A stretch of 64,000 nucleotides of DNA from an uncultured Clostridia bacterium (GTDB lineage Bacteria; Bacillota; Clostridia; TANB77; CAG-465), in assembly GCA_947624625.1 (NCBI GenBank), contig CANQLD010000001.1, positions 9,830 through 73,829 of the forward strand, written 5' to 3'. Positions 1 through 11,549 of this stretch are shown here, piece by piece. Both the position numbers and the translations under genes were made by a program. The notes under the pieces were generated by a model. That model made no database searches, was not told where the DNA came from, and saw nothing but the letters and a program-made list of their open reading frames with translations. Each line of letters starts with the position of its first letter. The first letter of the stretch is position 1.

Positions 1-1
1 T

Positions 2-131
2 GTATGTAGTATTAGAGATAAAATTAAATATGCTTTAGAAAATAAAGATATAATATTTGATTTATATAATAAGTGGAAAAGCTCATATGATAATGAAAGT
101 AAAGAAAGTGTTGAAGCTTTCTTAAATATGT
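2..131 (+). CDS. 3' end of upstream gene (partial, hypothetical)
   Basis: Open frame from the window edge to TAA at 129-131. RBS AGGTGG follows, ahead of the next gene. Confidence 0.3.
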
Positions 132-149
132 AAAAATATAGGTGGTAAA

Positions 150-1214
150 ATGTCTAGACATTTTAGTAAAGTAAAAAGTATATTGTTTTATCCAAAAAAA
201 GAAACGGATAGAATAATAGAAGATATAAACAAATTAAGTGATGAAGAAGGCTTTGCTATATATAATCCTGAATGTTTAGGAATTATGAATTCAACAAAAG
301 ATTTATTTAAAAATACTGTTGCTATGAAAGAACTTCTAAATGAAAAACAAATTGAAAAAATTGCAAATACTATTACTTACTTAAAATTTAAATATGTAAT
401 TTTTAGTTCAATTACATTTGGATGGAAAGCTTTAATTGAAAAATTAAAAGAAAAAGATAATAGTATAAAAATAAAGGTATTATGGCACGGTTCTCACGCA
501 ATGTTTGTTGAAAGAAATGAATCATATTTTTTGTATAGTATATTGGAATTAATGGATAGAGATTTAGTTGATTCAATAGGTTTCTTTAAAGAAAGTATGG
601 CTATATATTATAAGGAAAAAGGGTATAATTCATATTTTGTAACAAATAATGTGAAAAATGTTGATATTGTAAATAAAGAGGCTTTTAAAAAAGAAGAAGG
701 TAAAGTGTATATAGGTTCATATTCAGCAGGAGATAGATGGGGAAAAAATACAGTAAATCAATTAAGTGCAGCATCAATGGTAAAGGATGCAATTCTTGAT
801 ATAATACCAGTTACAACACTAATAAATGAATTTTGTAATATGGCAAATATACATATAAATGATAAGAATTTAAAATATTTACCAAGACAAGAGTTATTAG
901 ATAGGATGTCTTTAAATGATGTTAATTTATATGTGACATTTACTGAATGTTCACCAGTACTTCCTCTTGAAAGTTTAGAACTTGGAGTACCTTGTATTAC
1001 AGGAAATAATCATTCATATTTTAAAGGAACAAAATTATATGATTATTTAGTTGTAAAAAGTGAAGATGATATAAACGAAATTTATGATAAAATATTAAAT
1101 TGTCTTAATAATAAAGAAGAAATTATTAAACTTTATAAAGAGTGGAAAAAAGAGTATAATATATATTCTAATGAACTACTTGAAAAATTTATGGATTGCG
1201 AGGAGAAAAAATGA
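150..1214 (+). CDS. putative GT4-like glycosyltransferase
   Basis: 354 aa ORF. The C-terminal TECSPVLPLESLELGVPCI segment resembles the GT4 E-x7-E motif. Confidence 0.4.
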   Translation: MSRHFSKVKSILFYPKKETDRIIEDINKLSDEEGFAIYNPECLGIMNSTKDLFKNTVAMKELLNEKQIEKIANTITYLKFKYVIFSSITFGWKALIEKLKEKDNSIKIKVLWHGSHAMFVERNESYFLYSILELMDRDLVDSIGFFKESMAIYYKEKGYNSYFVTNNVKNVDIVNKEAFKKEEGKVYIGSYSAGDRWGKNTVNQLSAASMVKDAILDIIPVTTLINEFCNMANIHINDKNLKYLPRQELLDRMSLNDVNLYVTFTECSPVLPLESLELGVPCITGNNHSYFKGTKLYDYLVVKSEDDINEIYDKILNCLNNKEEIIKLYKEWKKEYNIYSNELLEKFMDCEEKK

Positions 1215-3008
1215 ATTTTATAGAAAAATTAAAACCTTCTAAAGATGGAATATTTATAAAATCAATTTGGGATATAGGATTTTTAAGTTTATTATTTGTA
1301 TTTGTAAATATAAGTACTTCTACTATTTTTCAATTTGTAAATATACCAATGTCTGCTTTAAATATGATAGTTTCTGTAATTGCTACAATAATAATATATT
1401 TAATATTTAGAAGGAAACAGTTAACAAATAATCTTTTTAATATAATAGTAAATATTATTGTTACATTTTTATCAATTTGTTTTGTAATGTTTATAATGAA
1501 TTACACTATGGATGTTACAGCTGATGGTAACTATTATCATAAAGCTGCAATTGGAGCTATTAAGGAAGGTTGGAATCCAGTATATCAAAATCATTATGAC
1601 TTTAATGTAGAAAATAATCCAAGTATTGCTGATGAAAAAACATCTTTATGGGTAAATTCATATCCTAAAGCAACATGGAATTTTGCCGCTTCTGTTTATT
1701 GCGTTACTAATAATATTGAATCTGGAAAAGCTATAATAATACTATTTATGATATCGTTATTTTGTATGACTTTTTCATACGCATTTAATAAAGGCTTTAA
1801 AATAATTCAAGCTTTCTTAATTGCTTTTATTTTATGTATGAGTCCAATAGTAATGTCACAATTATTTTCTTATTATGTTGATGGTATAATGGGCTTACTT
1901 ATATATATGACTATATTATTTTTACTTATTATAAGTGATAGAAACTATACATTAATATCAGAAAATGAAAAATGGTTAGGACTGTTAATGTCTGTATGTA
2001 TTTGTATGAACATCAAATTTACAGGTATATTATTTACAGGTATATTTTGTATTTTGTTTTATTTATATTGGTTATTTAAGTCAAGAAAACAAGCTGATTT
2101 TAAAAAACAATTTATAAATTTAACATTAAGATTTTTTGTTATAGTAATTGTTGGAATTGGGGCTATAGGTTTTTCTACTTATATGAAAAATATAATTAAC
2201 CATAATAACCCATTATATCCTTTAATGGGAAAAGATAAAGTTGATATTGTTACTACTATGCAACCTAAATCATTTGCACAGAAAAATAGATTTGTAAAAT
2301 TATTTGAATCAGTGTTTGCAGAATCTGAAAATGTAACATATAATTCAGGAGATGACCCTAATTTAAAAATACCTTTCACATATACTGGAAAAGAAATTGA
2401 TGAATCTAGTATACCAGATTTAAGAATAGGTGGTTATGGTATTTTATTTAGTGGAATATTAATTTTAACAGTTGCTATAATTATGTATACTTATATCCAT
2501 ATATATATATATATGCGGAAAAAATAAAAATATATCTGATGAAAACAAAAGATTATATTCTTATTTAACTCTTTTGATATTTGGAATATTATTAAGTACT
2601 TTTGTATTAGACGAATCTTGGTGGGCTAGATATTGTCCTCAATTATATCTAATTCCAGTTTTAGCAATAGTAATATTATTTTATTTAAGTAATACATGTT
2701 ATAAAAAAATGGGAAAATATATTTATATGTGCTTAGGTGTTTTAATATCTGCTTTAATATTAATAAATGATTTACCTTTTATTAAGTGGAGATATAAAGA
2801 GTTACTTTCAGCAAGGAATATACGAAATGAAATGTACATATATAAAGAAACTGCTAAAGATAATGATATTTATATAGAAGAAATTGGCAGGTATGGTTTA
2901 ACATATAACTTAAAAGATATGGGAATAAAATATAATTTAGTAAAAGAAAATGACGGCACTATGAATAGTTCTATGTATAATACTTGGATAAAATATAGGA
3001 GTAAGTAA
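1196..3008 (+). CDS. large polytopic membrane protein, frame-interrupted at CGG_A (segments 1196..2527 and 2574..3008)
   Basis: The 443 aa membrane ORF ends ...ATG CGG AAA AAA TAA. Reading GGA at 2517 (+1) runs stop-free into the 2574 ORF (MIFGILLSTFV...) and gives one protein of about 604 aa. Confidence 0.5.
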
Positions 3009-3883
3009 TGGAAAAGATAAAAGAGTATTTAAAATTAATAAGAGTAAAACACTATTTTAAAAATTTATTGGTTTTTTTACCTTTACTTTGCAGTGGAGAA
3101 TTATTTGATAAAAACAAATTAATAAATTGTATTTTAGGTTTTTGTTTATTCTCATTAACTGCCTCAATAGTATACATTATTAATGATTTAAACGATATTG
3201 AAAATGATAAAAAGCACACTGTTAAAAAGAATAGACCACTTGCAAGTGGTAAAGTAAAAAAGGAAGAAGCATATTTTTTAGCAATTGTATTATTTGTTAT
3301 AATTTTAGTAATAAATTTTCTTTTACTAAAAGGAGTGGCAATATATTCTTTAGTTATATTGCTTATATATTTACTAATTAATGTAGCATATTCTTTTGGA
3401 TTAAAAACAAAACCTATAGTAGATATAGTTATACTTGTTTCAGGATTCTTTTTAAGAGTACTTTATGGAAGTGTTATAACTGATATTAGATTATCTAATT
3501 GGTTATATCTAACAATAATATCTGCATCATTTTATATGGGATTAGGTAAAAGAAGAAATGAAATAATAAAGCAGGGAGATAAATCAAGAGAAGTACTTAA
3601 AAGATATAGTAAAGACTTTTTAGATAGATATATGTATTCGTATCTTACATTATGTGTTGTTTTTTATTCTTTATGGTGTGTAGATAGTAATACAATTAGT
3701 AAATTAGGTACAAATGTTGTATTGACTGTACCACTAGTTATGATAATACTTATGAAATACACATTAAATATTGAAGGCGATTCATATGGAGATCCAATTG
3801 ATGTAATACTTAGCGATAAAATATTAATGGTGCTTGTAGCCTTATATGCTTTATGTATGTTTGGAATTATATACTTTTTTTAG
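3008..3883 (+). CDS. UbiA-family prenyltransferase (decaprenyl-phosphate phosphoribosyltransferase-like)
   Basis: Multi-TM protein with an NDLNDIENDKKH...RPLASGKV aspartate-rich motif typical of UbiA/DPPR synthase. Confidence 0.65.
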   Translation: MEKIKEYLKLIRVKHYFKNLLVFLPLLCSGELFDKNKLINCILGFCLFSLTASIVYIINDLNDIENDKKHTVKKNRPLASGKVKKEEAYFLAIVLFVIILVINFLLLKGVAIYSLVILLIYLLINVAYSFGLKTKPIVDIVILVSGFFLRVLYGSVITDIRLSNWLYLTIISASFYMGLGKRRNEIIKQGDKSREVLKRYSKDFLDRYMYSYLTLCVVFYSLWCVDSNTISKLGTNVVLTVPLVMIILMKYTLNIEGDSYGDPIDVILSDKILMVLVALYALCMFGIIYFF

Positions 3884-3890
3884 GTGAGTT

Positions 3891-4457
3891 ATGAAAAAAA
3901 TAGATGTTTTTGATTTTGATAATACAATATATTCAGGGGATTCTACGGTAGATTTTTATTTGTTTTGCTTAAAATCTAAACTGAGTATATTAAAATATAT
4001 TCCAAAACAATTTTGGGCTTTTATATTGTATAAGTTGAAGATTAAAGAAAAACAATATTTTAAAGAGACATTTTTTGTTTTTTTAAATAGTTTTGATAAT
4101 ATATCTGATGTTGTAAAAAAATTTTGGGATAAACATAAACAAAAAATAAAAAAGAATGTATTAGGGCTAGCTAAAAACTATGTTGTAGTTATATCAGCTT
4201 CACCTGAATTTCTATTAAAAGATATTTGCAAAGAAATAGATTGTAAATTACTTATTGCAACAGATGTAAATGAAAAAACAGGAAAATTTAATTCTAAAAA
4301 TTGTTATGGGGAAGAAAAAGTAAATAGGTTAAATGAAGAAATAAGTGAATATGAAATAATCAATTTTTACTCTGATTCTAAATCTGATATATTTTTAGCA
4401 AAACTAGCTAAAGAAAGCTTCCTAGTTAAAGGAAAAAAAGTTAAAAAATGGTTATAG
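3891..4457 (+). CDS. HAD-superfamily hydrolase (subfamily IB-like phosphatase)
   Basis: N-terminal DVFDFDNTIY motif I, C-terminal FYSDSKSD motif. Confidence 0.55.
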   Translation: MKKIDVFDFDNTIYSGDSTVDFYLFCLKSKLSILKYIPKQFWAFILYKLKIKEKQYFKETFFVFLNSFDNISDVVKKFWDKHKQKIKKNVLGLAKNYVVVISASPEFLLKDICKEIDCKLLIATDVNEKTGKFNSKNCYGEEKVNRLNEEISEYEIINFYSDSKSDIFLAKLAKESFLVKGKKVKKWL

Positions 4458-4516
4458 ATTAAGAATATTTAAAAATATATATGATAAACCTGTTAGTGAT
4501 TAGGAGTTAATAATAT

Positions 4517-5575
4517 ATGTGTGAAAAAGATTTATCTGTTTTGATTCCAGTATATAATACTGAAGAGTATTTTAGAAAATGTATTGAATCGGTAATATCT
4601 TCAATAAATAAAGCTAATATATATGCTGAAATAATTGTAGTAGATGACGGTTCAAAAGGAAATATTAAAGAATTGATAAAAGAATATATTGAAAAATATC
4701 CAAAATTAATAGAATTTTGCTCTCAAGAAAACAGAGGTAGAGGAGCTACTAGAAATATATGTATATCAAAATCAAATGGCAAATATGTACATTTTGTCGA
4801 TTCGGATGATTACATAGATGAAAATATGTATTTAAAAATGTTTGAAAAAATTTCAAATGAAAATGAATTAGATATTGTAGTTTGCGATTTTGATAATATT
4901 GATGTTGAAAACAGTGAAAAAAATGGCATAATAGAAGCTAAAAGTAAGGATATTGAAGATGTAAAATGGGGAATAATAAATGAGCTTATGTGTCCTTCAT
5001 GTTGTAATAAAATAATAAAAAAAGAACTGTTTAAAGATATAACATTTCCAGAAGATATTAATTATGAGGATTTAGCTACAATACCAATATTATTATTAAA
5101 GAGTAATAGAATATGTTATATTGAGGAAGCATTATATAAATATGTTCAAAATAATGAGTCTGTTATGCATGAAAAATACGGAGTTAATCAGTTAAATATT
5201 ATTAAAGCATTAGAAAAATTGTTTGATAGAATTAATTATATAACTAGTTTATCAGATTTAGAGAAGGAAAGAGCTAAATATATGATTTCTACTAGAAGAT
5301 ACTATGAGGAAATACTTGAAAAAATAACTCTTTCAAATGATAAAAAAAATCTTGAAATGGAGTTCTTAAAAAGAGCAAAAGGATTTGAAGGCATGTTATA
5401 TGCTAATAAATATTTTAATAAACAAATTTCTATTCAAGGTTTAAAGAAAAAAATAGGCAATAAATTATTACATAGAGCAATACAAAGTAACTCAAAATTT
5501 TTGTTAAGAATTTTACTTAATAAAAAAATATATTATAATCTAGTATTAATAAAGTACAGTAATGTTGATATATAA
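4517..5575 (+). CDS. family 2 glycosyltransferase
   Basis: LSVLIPVYNTEEYF...VVDDGS...DSDD motifs. Confidence 0.75.
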   Translation: MCEKDLSVLIPVYNTEEYFRKCIESVISSINKANIYAEIIVVDDGSKGNIKELIKEYIEKYPKLIEFCSQENRGRGATRNICISKSNGKYVHFVDSDDYIDENMYLKMFEKISNENELDIVVCDFDNIDVENSEKNGIIEAKSKDIEDVKWGIINELMCPSCCNKIIKKELFKDITFPEDINYEDLATIPILLLKSNRICYIEEALYKYVQNNESVMHEKYGVNQLNIIKALEKLFDRINYITSLSDLEKERAKYMISTRRYYEEILEKITLSNDKKNLEMEFLKRAKGFEGMLYANKYFNKQISIQGLKKKIGNKLLHRAIQSNSKFLLRILLNKKIYYNLVLIKYSNVDI

Positions 5576-5608
5576 TAAAGAAGTAGTATTAAAGGAGTAG
5601 TATTTATT

Positions 5609-6403
5609 ATGAAAGATAAAATATTGTTATTTATACCAGGATATAATTGTGAAAAGCAAATTATTAGAGTATTAAAACAATTAAATAAAGAAGTATTAAA
5701 ATATATAAATGAAGTTATTTTTGTAAATAATCGTAGTACAGATAATACAGAAAAAGTTGTTTTAAATTTTAAGAAAAAGAATAAAAATATTCCTATTCAT
5801 GTATTAAGAAATGATGATAACTATAATTTGGGAGGCTCTCATAAAGTAGCTTTTGAATATGCTATGAAGAATAAATTCGATTATGTTATTGTTTTACATG
5901 GAGATGACCAAGGAAATATAAAAGACTTGCTACCATTATTAAAAAATAAAGAATATGAAAATTATGATTGCCTACTTGGAGCAAGGTTTATGAAAAACTC
6001 TAGATTGGAAGGATATTCTAAATTTAGAACTTTTGGAAACAGAGTATATAATATTCTTTTTTCAATTGTTGTTCATAAAAGAATATATGACCTTGGTTCA
6101 GGATTAAATATGTATTCAACTAAAATGCTTGAGAATAAATTTTATCATAAGTTTCCTGATAGGCTTACATTTAATTATTGTATGGTTTTAGCTACTCATT
6201 ATTATAAACAAAATATAAAATTCTTTCCGATTAGTTGGAGAGAAGATGACCAAGTATCTAATGTAAAACTTACTAGTCAAGCATTTAATGTTTTAGGAAT
6301 GCTATTTAAATATTTAATAAATCATAAATATATTAAAAGTGAATTTAGAGAAAAAGTTATAGAAGAATATACCTCACAGGAGGTCTTAGATGAAAAAAAA
6401 TAA
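5609..6403 (+). CDS. family 2 glycosyltransferase (DPM1-like)
   Basis: LLFIPGYNCEKQI...VNNRSTDNT...HGDDQ motifs. Confidence 0.65.
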   Translation: MKDKILLFIPGYNCEKQIIRVLKQLNKEVLKYINEVIFVNNRSTDNTEKVVLNFKKKNKNIPIHVLRNDDNYNLGGSHKVAFEYAMKNKFDYVIVLHGDDQGNIKDLLPLLKNKEYENYDCLLGARFMKNSRLEGYSKFRTFGNRVYNILFSIVVHKRIYDLGSGLNMYSTKMLENKFYHKFPDRLTFNYCMVLATHYYKQNIKFFPISWREDDQVSNVKLTSQAFNVLGMLFKYLINHKYIKSEFREKVIEEYTSQEVLDEKK

Positions 6404-7250
6404 TGTAGTATATAATGTAGTAAATGTTGTATTTTTACTTACTTCTATTTTACTGGTAAATTATGTTGGAATTTTTTATATGGATTTTTCTGCTATTGAG
6501 TTAATAGTGTTAATTATAGCATTTTTGTTTTTACATTTACTTAAGTTTATAAGGATATATTTTATTTTACTTGAGGAAAAAATACCTTTTAAAAGAATTG
6601 TGAAATTGTATATTAAGACTACATTTGTAAGTATAGTTTTGCCATTTAAAATAGGTGAGCTATTTAAAATGTATTCTTATGGAAAAGAAATTAATAGCTA
6701 TTCTAAAGGCATTGTTGCAGTAATAATTGAAAAATTTTTTGATGCAGTTGTTTTAGTATTAATACTTATACCATTTGGAATTATAAAGGGAGAAGGTATA
6801 TCTACTTTATCAATTTTATTACTAGTATTTGTGATATTATTTATTGTAGTGTATTTTTCTTTTGAAGGTACATACAACTATTTGAATAGATTTTTCATTG
6901 CAAAAAGTCAAAGTAAAAAAACTTTAGTAGTTTTGAATGTTTTAAATAAATTAAAAAATGTTTATGATAAAGCAAAAGAATTAAGTAGAGAAAGAAATAT
7001 TTTACTTATTAGTTTAACTGCTATTATTTGGTTTGTTGAAACAATGTTTGTGTATATTATGTCTAATTTTATGAATATGCAGATAAACTTTATGGTAGTT
7101 GTAAATTATATAAGTGATGCTTTCTTTGGAATTAATAATGTATTATTTAATAACTATATTTATCTTTGTACTGCTATATTCTTAGTTGTTATTATATTCA
7201 TTTATGTAAGAAAAGCATTTAAGGAAGGAAGTATTTTATGGAAAAAATAG
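6390..7250 (+). CDS. polytopic membrane protein (flippase-like)
   Basis: 286 aa, about 8 TM segments, overlaps the GT2 gene (operon). Confidence 0.3.
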   Translation: MKKNNVVYNVVNVVFLLTSILLVNYVGIFYMDFSAIELIVLIIAFLFLHLLKFIRIYFILLEEKIPFKRIVKLYIKTTFVSIVLPFKIGELFKMYSYGKEINSYSKGIVAVIIEKFFDAVVLVLILIPFGIIKGEGISTLSILLLVFVILFIVVYFSFEGTYNYLNRFFIAKSQSKKTLVVLNVLNKLKNVYDKAKELSRERNILLISLTAIIWFVETMFVYIMSNFMNMQINFMVVVNYISDAFFGINNVLFNNYIYLCTAIFLVVIIFIYVRKAFKEGSILWKK

Positions 7251-8674
7251 CATTAATATATGATAATACAGTAAAAGTTAATGATAGAATAAAAACAATA
7301 ATTGGAAATAAAAGTTTTGGAGAAATGTCATTAAAAAAACAAAAATTATTTGCAAGAGTTGAAAATGCAACAAAAAATGTAAAAAGTAATATAGAATTTA
7401 AAAAAATTGATTTTAAAGAGAATTTTAAAGTAGTAAAATATTATCCTAAAGATACTGTTTTCTTTCACTTGTTTTCTAATCAGGCCATAATTAATATGGA
7501 AGAATTTGAAATCATTTTAGAAAAATTAAAATTTGTTAATGAAACAACTATAGTATCTTGCAAAGGTATTGTTGGAGTGATATTTAATAACAAGGATACT
7601 TATTTAGAATTTTTGAAAGAGTATGTTAATACTAATTCTATAGATTTCATTAGAGGAACAAAGATAGAAACTGAAATTTTTGTTGATTTAACAGATTATA
7701 GTAATTTAATAATGTATATTACTAGTGGTTTTGATGCTAGATATTTTAATAGTATTGAAAGCACAAAGTATACTGTTACTAAAAGAAGTAAAGACAAAAA
7801 GAAAATGAAAATGGAATATACATATTATTGGTTACTTCCTGAAAGTATGAAGAGCTGGATGGTTATGCCATATAATTACAAAGAGGAAGAAAACTGTGCT
7901 TCTTATACTATGGAAAGAATGCCAATGACTGATGTGGCTATTAGATGGACACATGGAGCAATTGATATAGAAGAATTTAAGTGTTTACTTGATAAAGTTT
8001 TTTACTTTTTTAGTTGTCGTGAAAAGAAAGAAATATCTAAAGAAGAATATAAAGATATAGCAGATAAACTGTATTTAAATAAATTAGATAAAAGAATAGA
8101 CGAATTAAAGAAGTTAAAAGAATATGAAAAACTTGCTAATATGATTAAAGATGGTACAAACTTTAATTCTATTGATGAAATTGTTGCATTATATAAAGAA
8201 ATATACTTAAAAGAAACCAAAAAATTGTATAAACAGAATAAATATGTTTCAGTTATTGGACATGGAGATGTATTCTTTGCTAATATGTTATATAGTAAAG
8301 AAGTAAATTTGTTAAGATTAATTGACCCAAAAGGTGTTTTAGAAGAAAAAGATTTATGGACAGATCCATATTACGATATTGCAAAACTCTCTCATTCTAT
8401 ATGTGGAAACTATGATTTCTTTAATGTAGACGAGTATGACATTGAATTAAACAAAGATATGAAATTTAATTTAAATATTCATTTTGATAATAGAAGCTAT
8501 AAAGAGATATTTAAAGAATATTTATCTAGCAATGGATTTGATTATACACTTGTTAGAGTTTATGAAGCTAGTCTTTTTCTATCAATGCTACCACTTCATA
8601 TAGATAATATTCATAAGGTATTTGGATTTTTGCTAAATGCAATTAATATTTTGGAGGAGATAAAAAATGTATAA
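7238..8674 (+). CDS. putative phosphotransferase (APH/choline-kinase-like fold)
   Basis: IGHGDVFFANML...LIDPKG resembles the kinase catalytic HGD / D-x-x motifs. Confidence 0.35.
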   Translation: MEKIALIYDNTVKVNDRIKTIIGNKSFGEMSLKKQKLFARVENATKNVKSNIEFKKIDFKENFKVVKYYPKDTVFFHLFSNQAIINMEEFEIILEKLKFVNETTIVSCKGIVGVIFNNKDTYLEFLKEYVNTNSIDFIRGTKIETEIFVDLTDYSNLIMYITSGFDARYFNSIESTKYTVTKRSKDKKKMKMEYTYYWLLPESMKSWMVMPYNYKEEENCASYTMERMPMTDVAIRWTHGAIDIEEFKCLLDKVFYFFSCREKKEISKEEYKDIADKLYLNKLDKRIDELKKLKEYEKLANMIKDGTNFNSIDEIVALYKEIYLKETKKLYKQNKYVSVIGHGDVFFANMLYSKEVNLLRLIDPKGVLEEKDLWTDPYYDIAKLSHSICGNYDFFNVDEYDIELNKDMKFNLNIHFDNRSYKEIFKEYLSSNGFDYTLVRVYEASLFLSMLPLHIDNIHKVFGFLLNAINILEEIKNV

Positions 8675-9065
8675 AGATATCACGTTAATTTTTGATGTTG
8701 ATGGAACATTATGTCCTATCAAAAGAAAAGAAGAAAAGTATGAAGATTTGATTCCTAATGAAGAAATGGTAAACAAACTTAAAAATTACAAAGAAAATGG
8801 TGCAAAGATTGTATTATTTTCTTCAAGAAATATGAATTCATATGGTGGTAACTTAGGTTTGATTAATGCAAATACGGCAGTTATAATGCAAAAATGGCTA
8901 AAGAAGTGGGATATACCATATGATGAAATATTATATGGTAAGCCATGGCCAGGACATAAAGGGTTGTATATTGACGATAGAGCCGTTAGACCAGATGAAT
9001 TTTTAAAATATTCATTTGATGAATTAGAAGAAATATGTAAAAAATCTAGTCGCAAACACGACTAA
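8667..9065 (+). CDS. small HAD-like hydrolase
   Basis: LIFDVDGTLCP motif I, LYIDDR motif. Confidence 0.5.
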   Translation: MYKDITLIFDVDGTLCPIKRKEEKYEDLIPNEEMVNKLKNYKENGAKIVLFSSRNMNSYGGNLGLINANTAVIMQKWLKKWDIPYDEILYGKPWPGHKGLYIDDRAVRPDEFLKYSFDELEEICKKSSRKHD

Positions 9066-9104
9066 TATGAAAACTATAATTGCATTTAAGGTGAGGAGTA
9101 ATTT

Positions 9105-10742
9105 ATGTTAATTGATAAGTTAAAAAGAATAAAACCATTTATTTTACCGTTTTTCCTAGCATTAATACATTATTTTATTAGTATAAAGTATAGTAAAGAC
9201 GTTATAGATTTTTCAAATTTACAATTAAACTTGAGGTTAAAAGTAATATTTTTAATAATTGAAGGTTCCGTTTTTGTTAGTTTATTTTTACTATACTATA
9301 CGGTAATAAAAGTAATAAAAAATTTTAGTAAATATAAAAAATATGTTTATGTATTTTCAATATATTTGGCAGTTTTATTTGTATTTTTGATATTAGTATG
9401 GCCAGGTATATGGAGATGGGATGATATACTTGTTGCAAAATATGCTAAAGAATTTGGAATGGTTCCTTGGCAACATTTCTTGTCTTCCGTTGTTAATATA
9501 TATTCTTTAAGAATTATACCATTTGCATCAGGAGTTACTATTATTCAATGTATATTAATTTCATTAATTGTAAGTTATATAATAGTAAATATTTATGAAG
9601 GTATGAAATTAAAAAAATGGTACTTTTTCATTATTTTATTAGTACCATTTTTATTACCTAGTGTAATAGATAATAATTTATATACTTTAAGGCCTATACT
9701 ATATAGCTATGCCTTTATATTACTGATTTTTTTAATGTTTGAAATTGTAACTAAAAGCAAGGAAATTAACCTAAAAAATAGTATAGTGTTAATTATTACA
9801 TTTGTAACTGTATCAGCATATAGAAGTGAAACAATTTGGTTTATTGGGGTATCAATGTTATTTTCATTATATATGTTGATAAAAAATAGAAATAAAATGA
9901 ATGTTTCTAAAAAATTGTTATATCTGTGTATACCGATTATTACTATAGGTTTAACTTTTGGAATTTCGTGGACAGAAAAAAAGTTCTTAGGAGATTGGAG
10001 TAGTAATAATTATACAATAACTTCTACAGTTGAACAAATTGCTCCACTTATTAGAGAAGCAAATAAAAATGAAGAATGTAAGGATATAATAGAGAAGATT
10101 GATAAAGTTATAAATGTTAAAATGATATTAGAGCAAGAAAAAAATACTGGTATTGATATTTATTGGCAAGGATTAGTAAGAGAGAATTATACTAATGAAG
10201 AGTTTAATGAATATATGAAATGTTATGCTAAATTATGTTTGAAATTTCCTAAAATTTTCATAAATCAAAGAATAGATGAATTTATAAGAACATCTGCTTT
10301 GAAAAAAGATTCTCTTAATACAATTAGTGATACTTCATCAGCTTATGATGATTTGAATGCTGAAAATTATTGCACTGAATTAATTGATTTATATGGGGAT
10401 ATTCAAAAACCTATAAATGTTGGTTTAAGAAGAAATGTAATTCGAATTATAGAGGGAAGAAAGTTATATGATTATAAAAAAACTAATATAGTTTATCATA
10501 TTTTTTATAACTTGATACCACCTATATTAATACTTGCTTTATCAATGATTTATTTATTTTTTAAGAAAAAATATGTGCTATCTTTTATTACTCTTTTAAT
10601 ACTTACAAAAACTTTTCTAGTATTTATGACAGCACCTAGCTCTCTTTTCATATACTATTTTGCTGAATATTTATTAGGATATTTGTATTTGTCTGTTATA
10701 ATAACAAAGCTTGTTTTAGAAAAGATAGGTAAGAAAGTTTAA
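9105..10742 (+). CDS. large polytopic membrane protein (paralog of 12153..13733; GT-C/polymerase candidate)
   Basis: 545 aa. Shares WPGIW and ...FMTAPSSLFIYYF motifs with the 12153 ORF. Confidence 0.45.
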   Translation: MLIDKLKRIKPFILPFFLALIHYFISIKYSKDVIDFSNLQLNLRLKVIFLIIEGSVFVSLFLLYYTVIKVIKNFSKYKKYVYVFSIYLAVLFVFLILVWPGIWRWDDILVAKYAKEFGMVPWQHFLSSVVNIYSLRIIPFASGVTIIQCILISLIVSYIIVNIYEGMKLKKWYFFIILLVPFLLPSVIDNNLYTLRPILYSYAFILLIFLMFEIVTKSKEINLKNSIVLIITFVTVSAYRSETIWFIGVSMLFSLYMLIKNRNKMNVSKKLLYLCIPIITIGLTFGISWTEKKFLGDWSSNNYTITSTVEQIAPLIREANKNEECKDIIEKIDKVINVKMILEQEKNTGIDIYWQGLVRENYTNEEFNEYMKCYAKLCLKFPKIFINQRIDEFIRTSALKKDSLNTISDTSSAYDDLNAENYCTELIDLYGDIQKPINVGLRRNVIRIIEGRKLYDYKKTNIVYHIFYNLIPPILILALSMIYLFFKKKYVLSFITLLILTKTFLVFMTAPSSLFIYYFAEYLLGYLYLSVIITKLVLEKIGKKV

Positions 10743-10826
10743 TAAAAAATATATATTATAATTTAAATTTAAGGTTTATAGGTAAATCCATAAAACCTAA
10801 ATATATTATAAAAGGAATGTAAATTT

Positions 10827-11549
10827 ATGAATATTGTTATAACAATGGCAGGACTTGGCTCAAGATTTAAAAAGGCAGGATATACTATGCCTAAGTATAT
10901 GGTAGAAGTAAAAGGTAAAACTTTATTTGAGTGGTCAATGCTTAGTTTATTGGATTTTAACAAACAAGAAAATGTAAAGTATATTTTTGTTGTAAGAAAA
11001 GAAGATAATTCAAAAGATTTTATATTAAATGAAACTGCAAAATTAAATATAAAAGAGGTACATGTAGTTGAACTTGATAAGTTAACAGACGGTCAAGCAA
11101 CTAGTGCACTTTTAGCAAAAGAGTATTGGAATGAAGATGAAGAGTTGATAGTTTACAATATTGATACTTATATTGAACCAAATGAATTAAAATATGTGGA
11201 TATATTAGGAGATGGATATATACCTTGTTTTAATGGAAAAGGAGAGCATTGGAGTTTTGTAAAAGTAGATAATAATGGTAATGCGGTTGAAGTAAGAGAA
11301 AAACAAAGGATTTCTAATAACTGTACAATAGGCCTTTATTATTTTAAGACTTGTAAATTATATGAAGAAATATATAATGAGTATTACAAAGATGGAATTA
11401 ATTTAGAAAAAAATGAAAAATATATTGCTCCATTATATAATTATATGATAAGCAAAGGACTTAGTGTTAGAATTTGTAATTTACCGTATGATAAAGTACA
11501 TGTACTAGGAACACCAGAAGAAGTTGAAATTTTTAGGAGTTTAGTATGA
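10827..11549 (+). CDS. sugar-phosphate nucleotidyltransferase (LicC/IspD-like)
   Basis: N-terminal IVITMAGLGSRFKKAGYTMPK glycine-rich NTP-binding loop. Confidence 0.55.
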   Translation: MNIVITMAGLGSRFKKAGYTMPKYMVEVKGKTLFEWSMLSLLDFNKQENVKYIFVVRKEDNSKDFILNETAKLNIKEVHVVELDKLTDGQATSALLAKEYWNEDEELIVYNIDTYIEPNELKYVDILGDGYIPCFNGKGEHWSFVKVDNNGNAVEVREKQRISNNCTIGLYYFKTCKLYEEIYNEYYKDGINLEKNEKYIAPLYNYMISKGLSVRICNLPYDKVHVLGTPEEVEIFRSLV

